Positions 9,028 through 17,068 of a DNA stretch of 64,000 bases are shown one piece after another. Within the stretch, counting starts at the first letter, position 1; each line of letters begins with the position of its first letter. Source of the DNA: a virus; IMG/VR virus record IMGVR_UViG_3300050343_000281, positions 10,401-74,400 of that record; one strand, written 5' to 3'. The notes beneath the pieces were generated by a model, which worked only from the letters and a program-made list of their open reading frames with translations, was not told the DNA's origin and made no database searches. A program made the position numbers and the translations under genes.

Positions 9028-9654
9028 CTAACTACATTTATCAGAAATTCTTTTGACCGTATAACCATTTTTGTTTTTTATTTCGCCTCTTAAATATCTA
9101 GCAAGGGTATTTAACCCAACTCCAATTTTATTAGCTGTTTCTTTTTGTCCATAAAATTTTCCAATACTTTTACCTTTTAAAAATACTTCATATAAATGTT
9201 TTGGTTGCTTTGTTTTATTTTCTATCCTTTCTTTGTCGCTCATTAGTATTTTTTCTATAATAAAATCTTTACTTGGGCGACCTCTAAAATTCTTTTCTTT
9301 TGTTTCATTTTTTAGTAAATTTTGTACGGTAGATGTACAAATATTTAACTTTTTTGCTAAACCTTTTAAGGTATAGTCTATTGCTAATAAAGTACCATCT
9401 TTGTTACTAGCTTGATATTTATATCCTTTTTTCTTAAAATCAACAGGTTTCTTTTTTGCGTTGTTTATATCTAAAAATATTATATCTTTATTGATTAGTA
9501 TTTTTCTTTTTCCATCTGGCATTAAATTTAATATTTCTACTATACTTTTTTTTGAATATCCTTTTACTTTTATATTGAATATTTTTTCAAAAAATAGTAA
9601 AGAATTATCTAGAGAATTATCAAATCGTAGTATTTTTTGTCCTATCATTGTCAT
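9028..9654 (-). CDS. DNA-binding protein with two NUMOD1/HTH-like modules
   Basis: TLKGLAKKLNICTSTV and GQKETANKIGVGLNTL; paralog of 7016..7657. Confidence 0.65.
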   Translation of the reverse strand: MTMIGQKILRFDNSLDNSLLFFEKIFNIKVKGYSKKSIVEILNLMPDGKRKILINKDIIFLDINNAKKKPVDFKKKGYKYQASNKDGTLLAIDYTLKGLAKKLNICTSTVQNLLKNETKEKNFRGRPSKDFIIEKILMSDKERIENKTKQPKHLYEVFLKGKSIGKFYGQKETANKIGVGLNTLARYLRGEIKNKNGYTVKRISDKCS

Positions 9655-9734
9655 CCTTTAAAATAAATCATAAACTTTTAAAGTAAAGTATAAAGCTATA
9701 ATTCCTAAAATAGTTATCATTGCATCAACTTCCA

Positions 9735-9926
9735 TTAAAATATCCTTTCAACTACTAGATCATAAACATAACTACTATCTTGATTTAATTCATCCAATTC
9801 TTTCTCCGTCGCTTCTCTTATGTCTTCATTATCAAGTAAAACATTCGCACTAGATATAAAAGCATCACAAAAGTCTGGATAATCATTTGTATTTATACCG
9901 TTTAATTCAATATCAATATATTTCAT
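9735..9926 (-). CDS. Conserved phage hypothetical protein
   Basis: DYPDFCDAFISSA motif. Confidence 0.65.
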   Translation of the reverse strand: MKYIDIELNGINTNDYPDFCDAFISSANVLLDNEDIREATEKELDELNQDSSYVYDLVVERIF

Positions 9927-10108
9927 TTTTTAATCCCTATTGTAAAATGATGTTTATTTAGATAAAAGTTTATTGGCATAATGCCTTTTCCGTTATTGTC
10001 TTCAAAGTAAACATAACCATGAGAAACTTTAGTAACAAAATAATATTTTTTAAATTTAGTATGAATTATGTACATACCGCTTTTTATTTTACTTGGATCT
10101 TTAATCAT
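9923..10108 (-). CDS. Hypothetical protein
   Basis: 61-aa ORF with AAGGAG RBS. Confidence 0.6.
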   Translation of the reverse strand: MIKDPSKIKSGMYIIHTKFKKYYFVTKVSHGYVYFEDNNGKGIMPINFYLNKHHFTIGIKK

Positions 10109-10256
10109 TCAATACTCCTTTATTCATCATGGTCTTGTCATTCTTTTACTACATGTGCCTTTGATTTACAAACAGGGCATTTAGTTTTATTATACTTGTC
10201 GTAATTTCTATAGTCACATTTAGTGCAAGAAATGTCATACATAACACTTGCCATAA

Positions 10257-11261
10257 TTAAACCTCACTTAGATCATACTTACTAAATAATTTCATAACAC
10301 TCCCATATAGTTCTATTTGATCATTTGTATAGTCATTTTCTTTACCTATTTCTTTATAGTCTTTTAACCAATCTTTATAAGGTAATACTTTACATCCTAT
10401 CTTAAAATAATGTTCGTTATCGTAATAAAAATACACTAATAAATCTTTTTCCCCATTAAAAGACATTATACCTTTTGCCTCATTTAAGTTTGCTCCACGT
10501 AATTCTGCCTCACCTAAGTTTACTCCACTAAAGTCTGCCCAACGTAAGTCTGCCTTACGTAAGTTTGCTCCACCTAAGTTTGTCCCACTTAAGTTTGCCT
10601 CACGTAAGTCTGCTCCACTAAAGTTTGCCTCATTTAAGTCTGCTCCACTAAAGTTTGCCCCATACAAGTCTACCCCACCTAAGTCTGCCTTACGTAAGTT
10701 TGCCCCACGTAAGTCTGCCTTACGTAAGCTTGCCCCACCTAAGTTTGCTCCACCTAAGTTTGCCCCACGTAAGTTTGCCCCACTTAAGTTTGCTCCACTT
10801 AAGTCTGCCTTACGTAAGTTTGCCTTACCTAAGTATGCCTCATACAAGTTTGCCCCACGTAAGTCTGCCTTACGTAAGCTTGCCCCACCTAAGTTTGCCC
10901 AACGTAAGTTTGCTCCACCTAAGTTTGCCCCACGTAAGTTTGCCCCACCTAAGTTTGTTTTATTTAAGTTTGCCTTACCTAAGTATGCCTCATACAAGTT
11001 TGCCCCACTTAAGTTTACTCCACTTAAGTTTGCCCAAAACAAGTTTGTCCCACTTAAGTTTGCTCCACGTAAGTTTGCCCCATACAAGTTTGCTTCACGT
11101 AAGTTTGCCCCACTTAAGTTTGCTCCACTTAAGTCTGCCTTAAGTAAGTTTGCTCCACGTAAGTTTGCTCCACTTAAGTCTGCCTTACGTAAGTTTGCTC
11201 CACGTAAGTTTGCCTCACGTAAGTATGCTTTAGGTTCTATTTTATAATTATATACTATCAT
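10257..11261 (-). CDS. Pentapeptide repeat protein
   Basis: About 50 A(N/D)LxX repeats then a non-repeat C-terminal domain (YFKIGC...W). Confidence 0.95.
   Translation of the reverse strand: MIVYNYKIEPKAYLREANLRGANLRKADLSGANLRGANLLKADLSGANLSGANLREANLYGANLRGANLSGTNLFWANLSGVNLSGANLYEAYLGKANLNKTNLGGANLRGANLGGANLRWANLGGASLRKADLRGANLYEAYLGKANLRKADLSGANLSGANLRGANLGGANLGGASLRKADLRGANLRKADLGGVDLYGANFSGADLNEANFSGADLREANLSGTNLGGANLRKADLRWADFSGVNLGEAELRGANLNEAKGIMSFNGEKDLLVYFYYDNEHYFKIGCKVLPYKDWLKDYKEIGKENDYTNDQIELYGSVMKLFSKYDLSEV
10475..11230. repeat. 15-bp tandem repeat array encoding pentapeptides
   Basis: Unit aagt(t/c)tgc(c/t)(c/t)c(a/c)(c/t)(g/c/t)t repeated about 50 times. Confidence 0.95.
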
Positions 11262-11491
11262 TTATCCCTCTCATATTCCATTGCATAATCAATTCTTAGG
11301 TCGATATCATTTTTATTAACAACTTTACCATTACAAAGGTTTATCCAGTCTTCTATAAAATCATTTTCGTCTTGTCCCTCATGTTTTAATTCCATTATAA
11401 GATCAACTAATTCATCTTTAGAACATGATTCGTAATGTCTTAAAAGGTCATTTTCCATGCCGTCAATGTCTTCTATAAGCCTTTTATTCAT
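11258..11491 (-). CDS. Hypothetical protein
   Basis: 77-aa ORF behind promoter. Confidence 0.65.
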   Translation of the reverse strand: MNKRLIEDIDGMENDLLRHYESCSKDELVDLIMELKHEGQDENDFIEDWINLCNGKVVNKNDIDLRIDYAMEYERDK

Positions 11492-11513
11492 TATTATTTC
11501 CTTTCCTATAGTT

Positions 11514-11542
11514 ACTTTACTAAATTATATGCAACGTGTCAA
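11514..11542 (-). promoter_or_regulatory. Sigma70-type early promoter
   Basis: TTGACA-17-TAAAGT; shares core with 8985..9013. Confidence 0.6.
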
Positions 11543-11688
11543 CTATTTTATTAAAATATACATTTTAATCTAAAAAGATCATGAAGATTATCAATATTGC
11601 TAAACATAAAAGCCAATGCTCCTAACTCCATAAATCCTTTTCCTTTATAAAGTCTAATCTCATTTTATTAAATTGAGTATTATACTTT

Positions 11689-11901
11689 CTATTCACTATC
11701 TTGTTTGCTAATTTCTTCAAAAATTGTAACATAATAACCGTCCTCATCTCTATTTAGAATATCACTTGACATGATTACTCTATATGTTTTTTTAGTAGAC
11801 TTTTTTAAAAGACCATTAGGTTCTGTAATTTCAACTATACTATTCTTTTTGAATTGCTGCTCTGTTTTGATCCATCTAGTTTTATCCATTAATTTCTCCA
11901 T
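11689..11901 (-). CDS. Hypothetical protein
   Basis: 70-aa ORF. Confidence 0.55.
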   Translation of the reverse strand: MEKLMDKTRWIKTEQQFKKNSIVEITEPNGLLKKSTKKTYRVIMSSDILNRDEDGYYVTIFEEISKQDSE

Positions 11902-11915
11902 TTAGTACAATGTCT

Positions 11916-12305
11916 TTAAATAGTATAGTATAAATCATTTAACTTTGTATAATTATTTTTACTCTTTGCTGTTTTTTCATCAACTCTTTGTAATTTACCT
12001 AGCTTTTGCTCTTTTCCATCTGAGTAAATCAACCAACTTAAACCATTACTATCTTGATGTAAAATAGACTCTTGTTTGAAGTTTAAGAAAGCAAATGACT
12101 TTAAAGCCTCTAATTCTACATTATCCCTTACCACAACTACAAAACTATTTTCTAAATTACCTTGATAAAATCCTTGAGATTTTCCATAATGAAAATTACA
12201 CTCAGCAAGACATTTTTCTAAATTAGAGGTTCTTCTTTTATTCTCTTCTGAAGTGTTATTTTCTAATTCAGCCGATAAAATTACAATCCTTGACATTATT
12301 CTCAT
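11916..12305 (-). CDS. Probable S-adenosylmethionine lyase (T3 SAMase-like)
   Basis: ILSAE...GFYQG..ENSFVVV...F.QESILH pattern; ~125 aa; early position. Confidence 0.7.
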   Translation of the reverse strand: MRIMSRIVILSAELENNTSEENKRRTSNLEKCLAECNFHYGKSQGFYQGNLENSFVVVVRDNVELEALKSFAFLNFKQESILHQDSNGLSWLIYSDGKEQKLGKLQRVDEKTAKSKNNYTKLNDLYYTI

Positions 12306-12454
12306 TTTTATACTCCCTTTTTAATACCATTAGCTTTTTATATCTTTCTTTTTATTTCTATAAACTTTGTATGATTCATAAATATCTAATATTATACTAA
12401 AAAATATACATAAAGCAGTTATAATTAAATATATTAAGATATCGTGTATAAACA

Positions 12455-12670
12455 TTACAAGCCCCTATGATTATCTAAAATATTTAGTAACTTAATATTA
12501 ATGTCATAAACTTTTTGATCTAATTCTTTTACTTCATTACTATCGTTTCCCCACATAATATTATAAACTTCTATCTTTTTTAATAAAATATTTAACTCTT
12601 TGTATAACATCAAATAAGTACTCTTTGTAAAAGCGTCCATTGATTCTGTAATTTTTGTTTGATTGTTCAT
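12455..12670 (-). CDS. Hypothetical protein
   Basis: 71-aa ORF with GAGGG RBS behind promoter. Confidence 0.65.
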   Translation of the reverse strand: MNNQTKITESMDAFTKSTYLMLYKELNILLKKIEVYNIMWGNDSNEVKELDQKVYDINIKLLNILDNHRGL

Positions 12671-12703
12671 ACGGTCCCTCTTTTGTTTATTTCCTTAATA
12701 TTA

Positions 12704-12732
12704 ATTATAGTGTATAACGCAATGCAATGCAA
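12704..12732 (-). promoter_or_regulatory. Sigma70-type early promoter
   Basis: TTGCAT-17-TATAAT. Confidence 0.7.
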
Positions 12733-12824
12733 CAAAAAAATAACATAGTGTGTAAAAAAATGTAATATTGTAATGATTTCAATAAAAGAGTAACAATTCC
12801 GTAACTTATCCGTAAGTAATTAAA

Positions 12825-12837
12825 TTTAACAACTATA
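12825..12837 (+). promoter_or_regulatory. Late-promoter-like motif TTTAACAACTATA
   Basis: Same motif precedes structural genes; here it precedes an ORF-free structured region. Confidence 0.65.
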
Positions 12838-12842
12838 TATAT

Positions 12843-13230
12843 ATAAGACTAAGACCGTAAAAAAATGCCTTAAGATGTACATGCAAGAGGCGACTAGGAT
12901 AGCCCCACTAACTTAGGTTAGTATATCACTACAAGTCGAGGGATTAAGTTTGTAGCGGAACGCTTAGTTTAGTATAAAGAGTAAGTACACGCTCTAAAAT
13001 GCGACCAATCAGAGCTTGATAGCTAAAGCCTTAACCGAAAGTACAAATAAAGTTAAGCGCATAACATAACCAAACTAGAGTTTTTCGGACTACTAGTAAA
13101 GTATTGTTATGCCTTGAAACGTAGCTTTATAAAGATATAGCCCCTTATCCTTGGAGCTATTTAGAAGTGTATAATGTTGCATTGAACAATGCTTGTTAAA
13201 TCGGTGGGACCATTGAAATGTATTCTATTA
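12843..13230 (+). ncRNA. Candidate large structured non-coding RNA
   Basis: No ORF of 60 aa or more, GC above flanks, about ten nested helices, G-U pairs favour + strand; 3' end uncertain. Confidence 0.6.
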
Positions 13231-13253
13231 TATCCGTATAAGTGTTAAATGTA

Positions 13254-13445
13254 TTATCTTGTTTTGATAGTCTCAATTAAAGATAGTATTAGTTTATAAT
13301 TAGTTGAATTTTTATACCAAATCACTCTATCCATTACCTCATCTTCCAAATAACTCTCCAATATAAACTCACTATCAGTACAATATAAGCTATAATCATA
13401 CTGTACATTCCTACAATCTCCAGTAAAGTCCTCTAATAGTTGCAT
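13254..13445 (-). CDS. Hypothetical early protein
   Basis: 63-aa ORF with GGGAG RBS behind promoter. Confidence 0.6.
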   Translation of the reverse strand: MQLLEDFTGDCRNVQYDYSLYCTDSEFILESYLEDEVMDRVIWYKNSTNYKLILSLIETIKTR

Positions 13446-13482
13446 GATATCTCCCTTGTGCTATGTGTCATTTTCTATATAA

Positions 13483-13511
13483 ATTATATCTTATCTAAAA
13501 TATCCTGTCAA
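13483..13511 (-). promoter_or_regulatory. Sigma70-type early promoter
   Basis: Perfect TTGACA-17-TATAAT. Confidence 0.85.
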
Positions 13512-13563
13512 GTACTTTTCTAAAAAATGTTCCATCCATAGAACTAAGGAGAAGGTATTGTAT

Positions 13564-13755
13564 TTAGTATAAAGAACCAGTTAACTCTATGGTTCCGACT
13601 AAAAACTCTAAATTATTGTAGTCGTCTAATACGTTACATATGTCTTTATTATTTAAAATCCAAGTATTGTTATCAGTTTCTATATAGCCCTTGTTCTTTA
13701 TTGAATCATATACAAATCTATATTTATTACTGTCATCATTAATTACTGTTAACAT
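13564..13755 (-). CDS. Hypothetical early protein
   Basis: 63-aa ORF with GGAG RBS. Confidence 0.6.
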   Translation of the reverse strand: MLTVINDDSNKYRFVYDSIKNKGYIETDNNTWILNNKDICNVLDDYNNLEFLVGTIELTGSLY

Positions 13756-13756
13756 A

Positions 13757-13939
13757 TTACTCTCCCTTTAACCAAGTTAGGTGTTTTACTATAGTACTTG
13801 TAATATTTAGATTACTCTTGTTGCATAACTGTGACTCTTTTTTACTTAGTAATACTGAGTTACCAATCAATGTATTAGTTATAATGCCGCCATCACCATT
13901 GTACTTGTAGTGGTAGTCTCCAATAAATACTGATATCAT
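13757..13939 (-). CDS. Hypothetical early protein
   Basis: 60-aa ORF with GAGGG RBS. Confidence 0.6.
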   Translation of the reverse strand: MISVFIGDYHYKYNGDGGIITNTLIGNSVLLSKKESQLCNKSNLNITSTIVKHLTWLKGE

Positions 13940-13978
13940 ATGTCCCTCTCTTTGTGCTACGTGTCATTTCCTAATACT

Positions 13979-14006
13979 AGTATACCACACTTACAACTCC
14001 TGTCAA
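13979..14006 (-). promoter_or_regulatory. Sigma70-type early promoter
   Basis: TTGACA-16-TATACT with extended TG. Confidence 0.7.
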
Positions 14007-14113
14007 GGGGAAAGTACACTATATTAAAATAAAATTCAGTATTACAATGATGACAGATAATTAGTTACTTTATATATTCTAGTCTATATAATGTAATATT
14101 GGAGAGTGATGTA

Positions 14114-14260
14114 TGCAAGGATGGTACCAAGTATGTGGTAAGTATTTTGCTAATGCAAGAATCGTGCCCACCAATATGGCACAGTATTTGCAGGGGGGAA
14201 TGCTTGGCATAGTAATTGCTAATGCAAGAGCGATACCAGAAAGTTGGCATGGGGATTGTA
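14114..14260. repeat. Cluster of seven sigma54 (-24/-12)-like sites
   Basis: Six GG-N10-GC sites matching TGGYAY-N5-TTGCW closely plus one GG-N10-GT, on both strands. Confidence 0.8.
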
Positions 14261-14825
14261 GGGGGGGTGGGTGGTTCTAGCTGTGTACTGTTGGTTACGT
14301 ATAGGGCTGAGAGTGCGTAGGTACTAAATATATTTATTACACGTAATATAACCTCTATACTACCCTATTTACCATTTACTTTACTCCATTTAATTGATCT
14401 ATTATATACTTACATAATAATACAGGTAATACTAAAGGAGTTGATATAATTATAACAACTGCTGTTATGCCCAAAAAAAAACTCATTAATACAAAAACCA
14501 ATGCACTTTCTGTTATATTCATAAATCCTCTAAATAATCTTTAATTATTTCTATTCTAAACTGTGGAGCATATGGTTTATTCTGATCAAAGCTTTTCTCA
14601 AGATCTGCCAAATATAAGTATATATCATCAGAGACTAATCTATCAACATAAGAATCATCAATTCCAATAAGCCATATTCTAATATATTTCAATACTGCTC
14701 CTATTTATTACACTTAATTTCGACAACCTCTTAAATTAGCTTTATTTGCGTTTTTTAGATAAGACATATAAAGTATAGGGTTAGGGTGTTTAGAGAATTT
14801 AAACGGCAAATTAAGGGCTAATTTG

Positions 14826-15035
14826 CTAGTCTTTTCCTTCCATGTCGCATCTAAGAATTGCATAGTCTATTTTTAGACGTAACATTTCAAGTTCAGTGAC
14901 TGTTTCTTCATATTCTTCTATAAGTCTATTTAACTCCTGATCTGTTTTTGGAAGCTCTTCCCAGCCAGGATATTGTTTTTCTGAGTAGGCGAAATTATAT
15001 CGAGTCATTTCGTTGATTAATAATAGCTTTTTCAT
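14826..15035 (-). CDS. Hypothetical protein, tandem paralog of 15036..15251
   Basis: Shared YNF..SE..Y.GW.ELP....LN....YE motif. Confidence 0.7.
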   Translation of the reverse strand: MKKLLLINEMTRYNFAYSEKQYPGWEELPKTDQELNRLIEEYEETVTELEMLRLKIDYAILRCDMEGKD

Positions 15036-15251
15036 TTAAAAACTTTCCTTTTTATCACTTTCTAGTCTTTCTAGTTCTCTTTCAAAAAGGATTTGTAAAG
15101 CTTTTAATTCTCTTCTAATGTCTTCATAATCTTGTAATATGTTATTTAATCTTGGTGAATATGGTAATTCTTTCCACCCTACGTATATTTCTTCGGATTC
15201 TGTAAAATTATACACCAATTCATTGGTAATACACATTTGTAGTAATTTCAT
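15036..15251 (-). CDS. Hypothetical protein, tandem paralog of 14826..15035
   Basis: Shared motif as above; TAACAACTATA on minus strand at 15276-15286. Confidence 0.7.
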   Translation of the reverse strand: MKLLQMCITNELVYNFTESEEIYVGWKELPYSPRLNNILQDYEDIRRELKALQILFERELERLESDKKESF

Positions 15252-15316
15252 GCTCTATTCTCCTTCCTTTATAAATATAGTTGTTATTTTAGAAGGATAA
15301 AAAGTAATACATTTAC

Positions 15317-15544
15317 TTAAATTTTATAGGATTTATAGTCGTTTTTCCAGTTTTCTATGTCTTCATACGTTCTTAAAGCATCATAAGATTCAACCCATCT
15401 TACATCTCCTGGATCGTCTACCCAATAAAATCTATTATCATGAGCTTTAATACAGAAAAAACCAGCATCTGTTATTTTAATCAACTCTCCAGACATTAAT
15501 TTGTTTTCAAATCGGTGCAAAAACACTACGTATATCTTTTCCAA
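15317..15544 (-). CDS. Hypothetical protein
   Basis: 75-aa ORF, TTG start with AGGAG RBS. Confidence 0.55.
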   Translation of the reverse strand: MEKIYVVFLHRFENKLMSGELIKITDAGFFCIKAHDNRFYWVDDPGDVRWVESYDALRTYEDIENWKNDYKSYKI

Positions 15545-15552
15545 GACAACTC

Positions 15553-15738
15553 CTATAGTTTATTTTTAGAATATCTAGCTTTTTCTAGTAATTTATCAGT
15601 TATTACATCTATTCTGCGTATTATAAACTTCTTTTCTGACTCAGAAATGCTATAAGTACTTAGAATCCTAAGTAATTCTTCTCTTTCTTTCTTAATTTTT
15701 TCAATTTTTTCTTTATCTTCAAATGGGCTTAAACGCAC
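15553..15738 (-). CDS. Hypothetical protein
   Basis: 61-aa ORF. Confidence 0.5.
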   Translation of the reverse strand: MRLSPFEDKEKIEKIKKEREELLRILSTYSISESEKKFIIRRIDVITDKLLEKARYSKNKL

Positions 15739-16015
15739 GAAAAGTTCCTTTATCTAAATCAAACTCTAATTCATATACCTGACCTTGAGAATTAAATAAA
15801 AATCCCTGATTACCATTACACATTGGACTAGTTTCTAGTTTTTTATCGAAAAAAAACCAGTAATTCATAGAATATGCACCAGAATGGTTCATTTTACTTG
15901 TAAAAAAGTATCCAAATTTGTCATATATTTTTAAATACACCGTAGCAGACAGGACTAGAGTATTAGTACACCCTGCATATAATCTTAAGTCCATGTCTAA
16001 AAAGTCCCGTCCCAA
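15719..16015 (-). CDS. Hypothetical protein
   Basis: 98-aa ORF overlapping neighbours. Confidence 0.55.
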   Translation of the reverse strand: MGRDFLDMDLRLYAGCTNTLVLSATVYLKIYDKFGYFFTSKMNHSGAYSMNYWFFFDKKLETSPMCNGNQGFLFNSQGQVYELEFDLDKGTFRAFKPI

Positions 16016-16251
16016 TCATCTCCATCATAATCAAAATCTAATTGAGAAATAAGCTCTTCCCAATCTTCTATGTTACCTAGTCTATATTCTTTAGTTCCAG
16101 AAGCAGAGGATTTTTTTAATACAACTATATCTTCTGCTGTTTTTCCACAAGGTTTGCAATCATACCATATATTAACTCCAAAAGAAGTTCTAGTCCACTT
16201 GGTATCGCAGATAGGGCATTTTTCAGTTTCTGGTTTAAATTGCTTTGTCAC
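15997..16251 (-). CDS. Zn-ribbon protein
   Basis: CPIC...CKPC, acidic tail. Confidence 0.65.
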   Translation of the reverse strand: MTKQFKPETEKCPICDTKWTRTSFGVNIWYDCKPCGKTAEDIVVLKKSSASGTKEYRLGNIEDWEELISQLDFDYDGDDWDGTF

Positions 16252-16438
16252 TTTCTAAGATCTCCTTTCTCTTGCGAATAGACCACACTACATGTGTTCT
16301 ATTAACAGTAGAACATGCCATTCCTAATTTTACCTGGGTTTCTGGTTTTAGTAAAGAAAAATCTGTTTCACAAGGTTTTTTTTCTTGCTTTACAGGCTGC
16401 GGACTGCTAAAAAACAATGCTATTAGTAATTCTTTCAT
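16235..16438 (-). CDS. Hypothetical protein
   Basis: 67-aa ORF. Confidence 0.5.
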   Translation of the reverse strand: MKELLIALFFSSPQPVKQEKKPCETDFSLLKPETQVKLGMACSTVNRTHVVWSIRKRKEILESDKAI

Positions 16439-16581
16439 GTTATTACACCTTTTCGGGAGATCGTATTTTTGTGAAACAAAAAACGAAAGGGCTTTCCACC
16501 CTTATTTTAATATATCTGTCACTTTTTGTACTTTTTGTTATATTTTTCATATAAAATAGCCCATCTGTCACTAAAATTATA

Positions 16582-16821
16582 TTAGTCCTTATCCGTCATA
16601 TCTTTGTAATCTTCGTCCGACACTATAATAGCTGCATTGTACTGAAGGTAGATTCCAAAAAAGTATAAAAATATATTTAGAAAAAATATCAATACTTGTA
16701 GAGGATATAAAGAAGATATTATAGCTATTTTAAAAGCACTTAATCTTTCTGGATAATTATATATTCTAAAAGTAGTCAGTCCTAGATATATAGAAAGATA
16801 TAATATTATTAAAAGTTCCAT
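16582..16821 (-). CDS. Hypothetical membrane protein
   Basis: Two hydrophobic segments. Confidence 0.6.
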   Translation of the reverse strand: MELLIILYLSIYLGLTTFRIYNYPERLSAFKIAIISSLYPLQVLIFFLNIFLYFFGIYLQYNAAIIVSDEDYKDMTDKD

Positions 16822-17027
16822 GAATCCTCATTAGTAGGTACTAAATATCCTAAAGATGCTAATTTAGTTTCCATATACAGCGTGTCACATACCATTTCTA
16901 TAGCTTCTTCTAAATCTTCTGCCATAAAAGTAAAAAATGCATAATCCCTTGCCACTTTTCCTACTATCATATTAAATCCTCCAGTAATTATAATAGTATT
17001 ATAAGTAATGTAAGTCAATAAGTACAT
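16809..17027 (-). CDS. Hypothetical protein
   Basis: Probable start at internal MIVGKV after GGAGG. Confidence 0.5.
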   Translation of the reverse strand: MYLLTYITYNTIIITGGFNMIVGKVARDYAFFTFMAEDLEEAIEMVCDTLYMETKLASLGYLVPTNEDSWNF

Positions 17028-17040
17028 TTTAACAACTATA
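17027..17040 (+). promoter_or_regulatory. Late-promoter motif TTTTAACAACTATA at strand switch
   Basis: Recurs at 19718, 23864, 25427, 27569, 29839, 40910 and 48820, each time intergenic before + strand genes. Confidence 0.8.
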
Positions 17041-17068
17041 ACATTGTATTAATCAGGAGGATTGTGGT

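Noticed and set aside
10655-11143. 162-aa + strand ORF of HLSLP repeats
   Set aside because: Antisense shadow of the pentapeptide repeat gene
10475-11230. Repeat array as a CRISPR
   Set aside because: Contiguous 15-bp coding units with no unique spacers
13131-13144. AAGATATAGCCC resembling the group I intron S element
   Set aside because: The P7 partner does not match (TAGCC instead of TAGTC) and there is no interrupted host gene
14065-14250. 61-aa minus-strand ORF
   Set aside because: No RBS and atypical composition; coincides with the sigma54-site array
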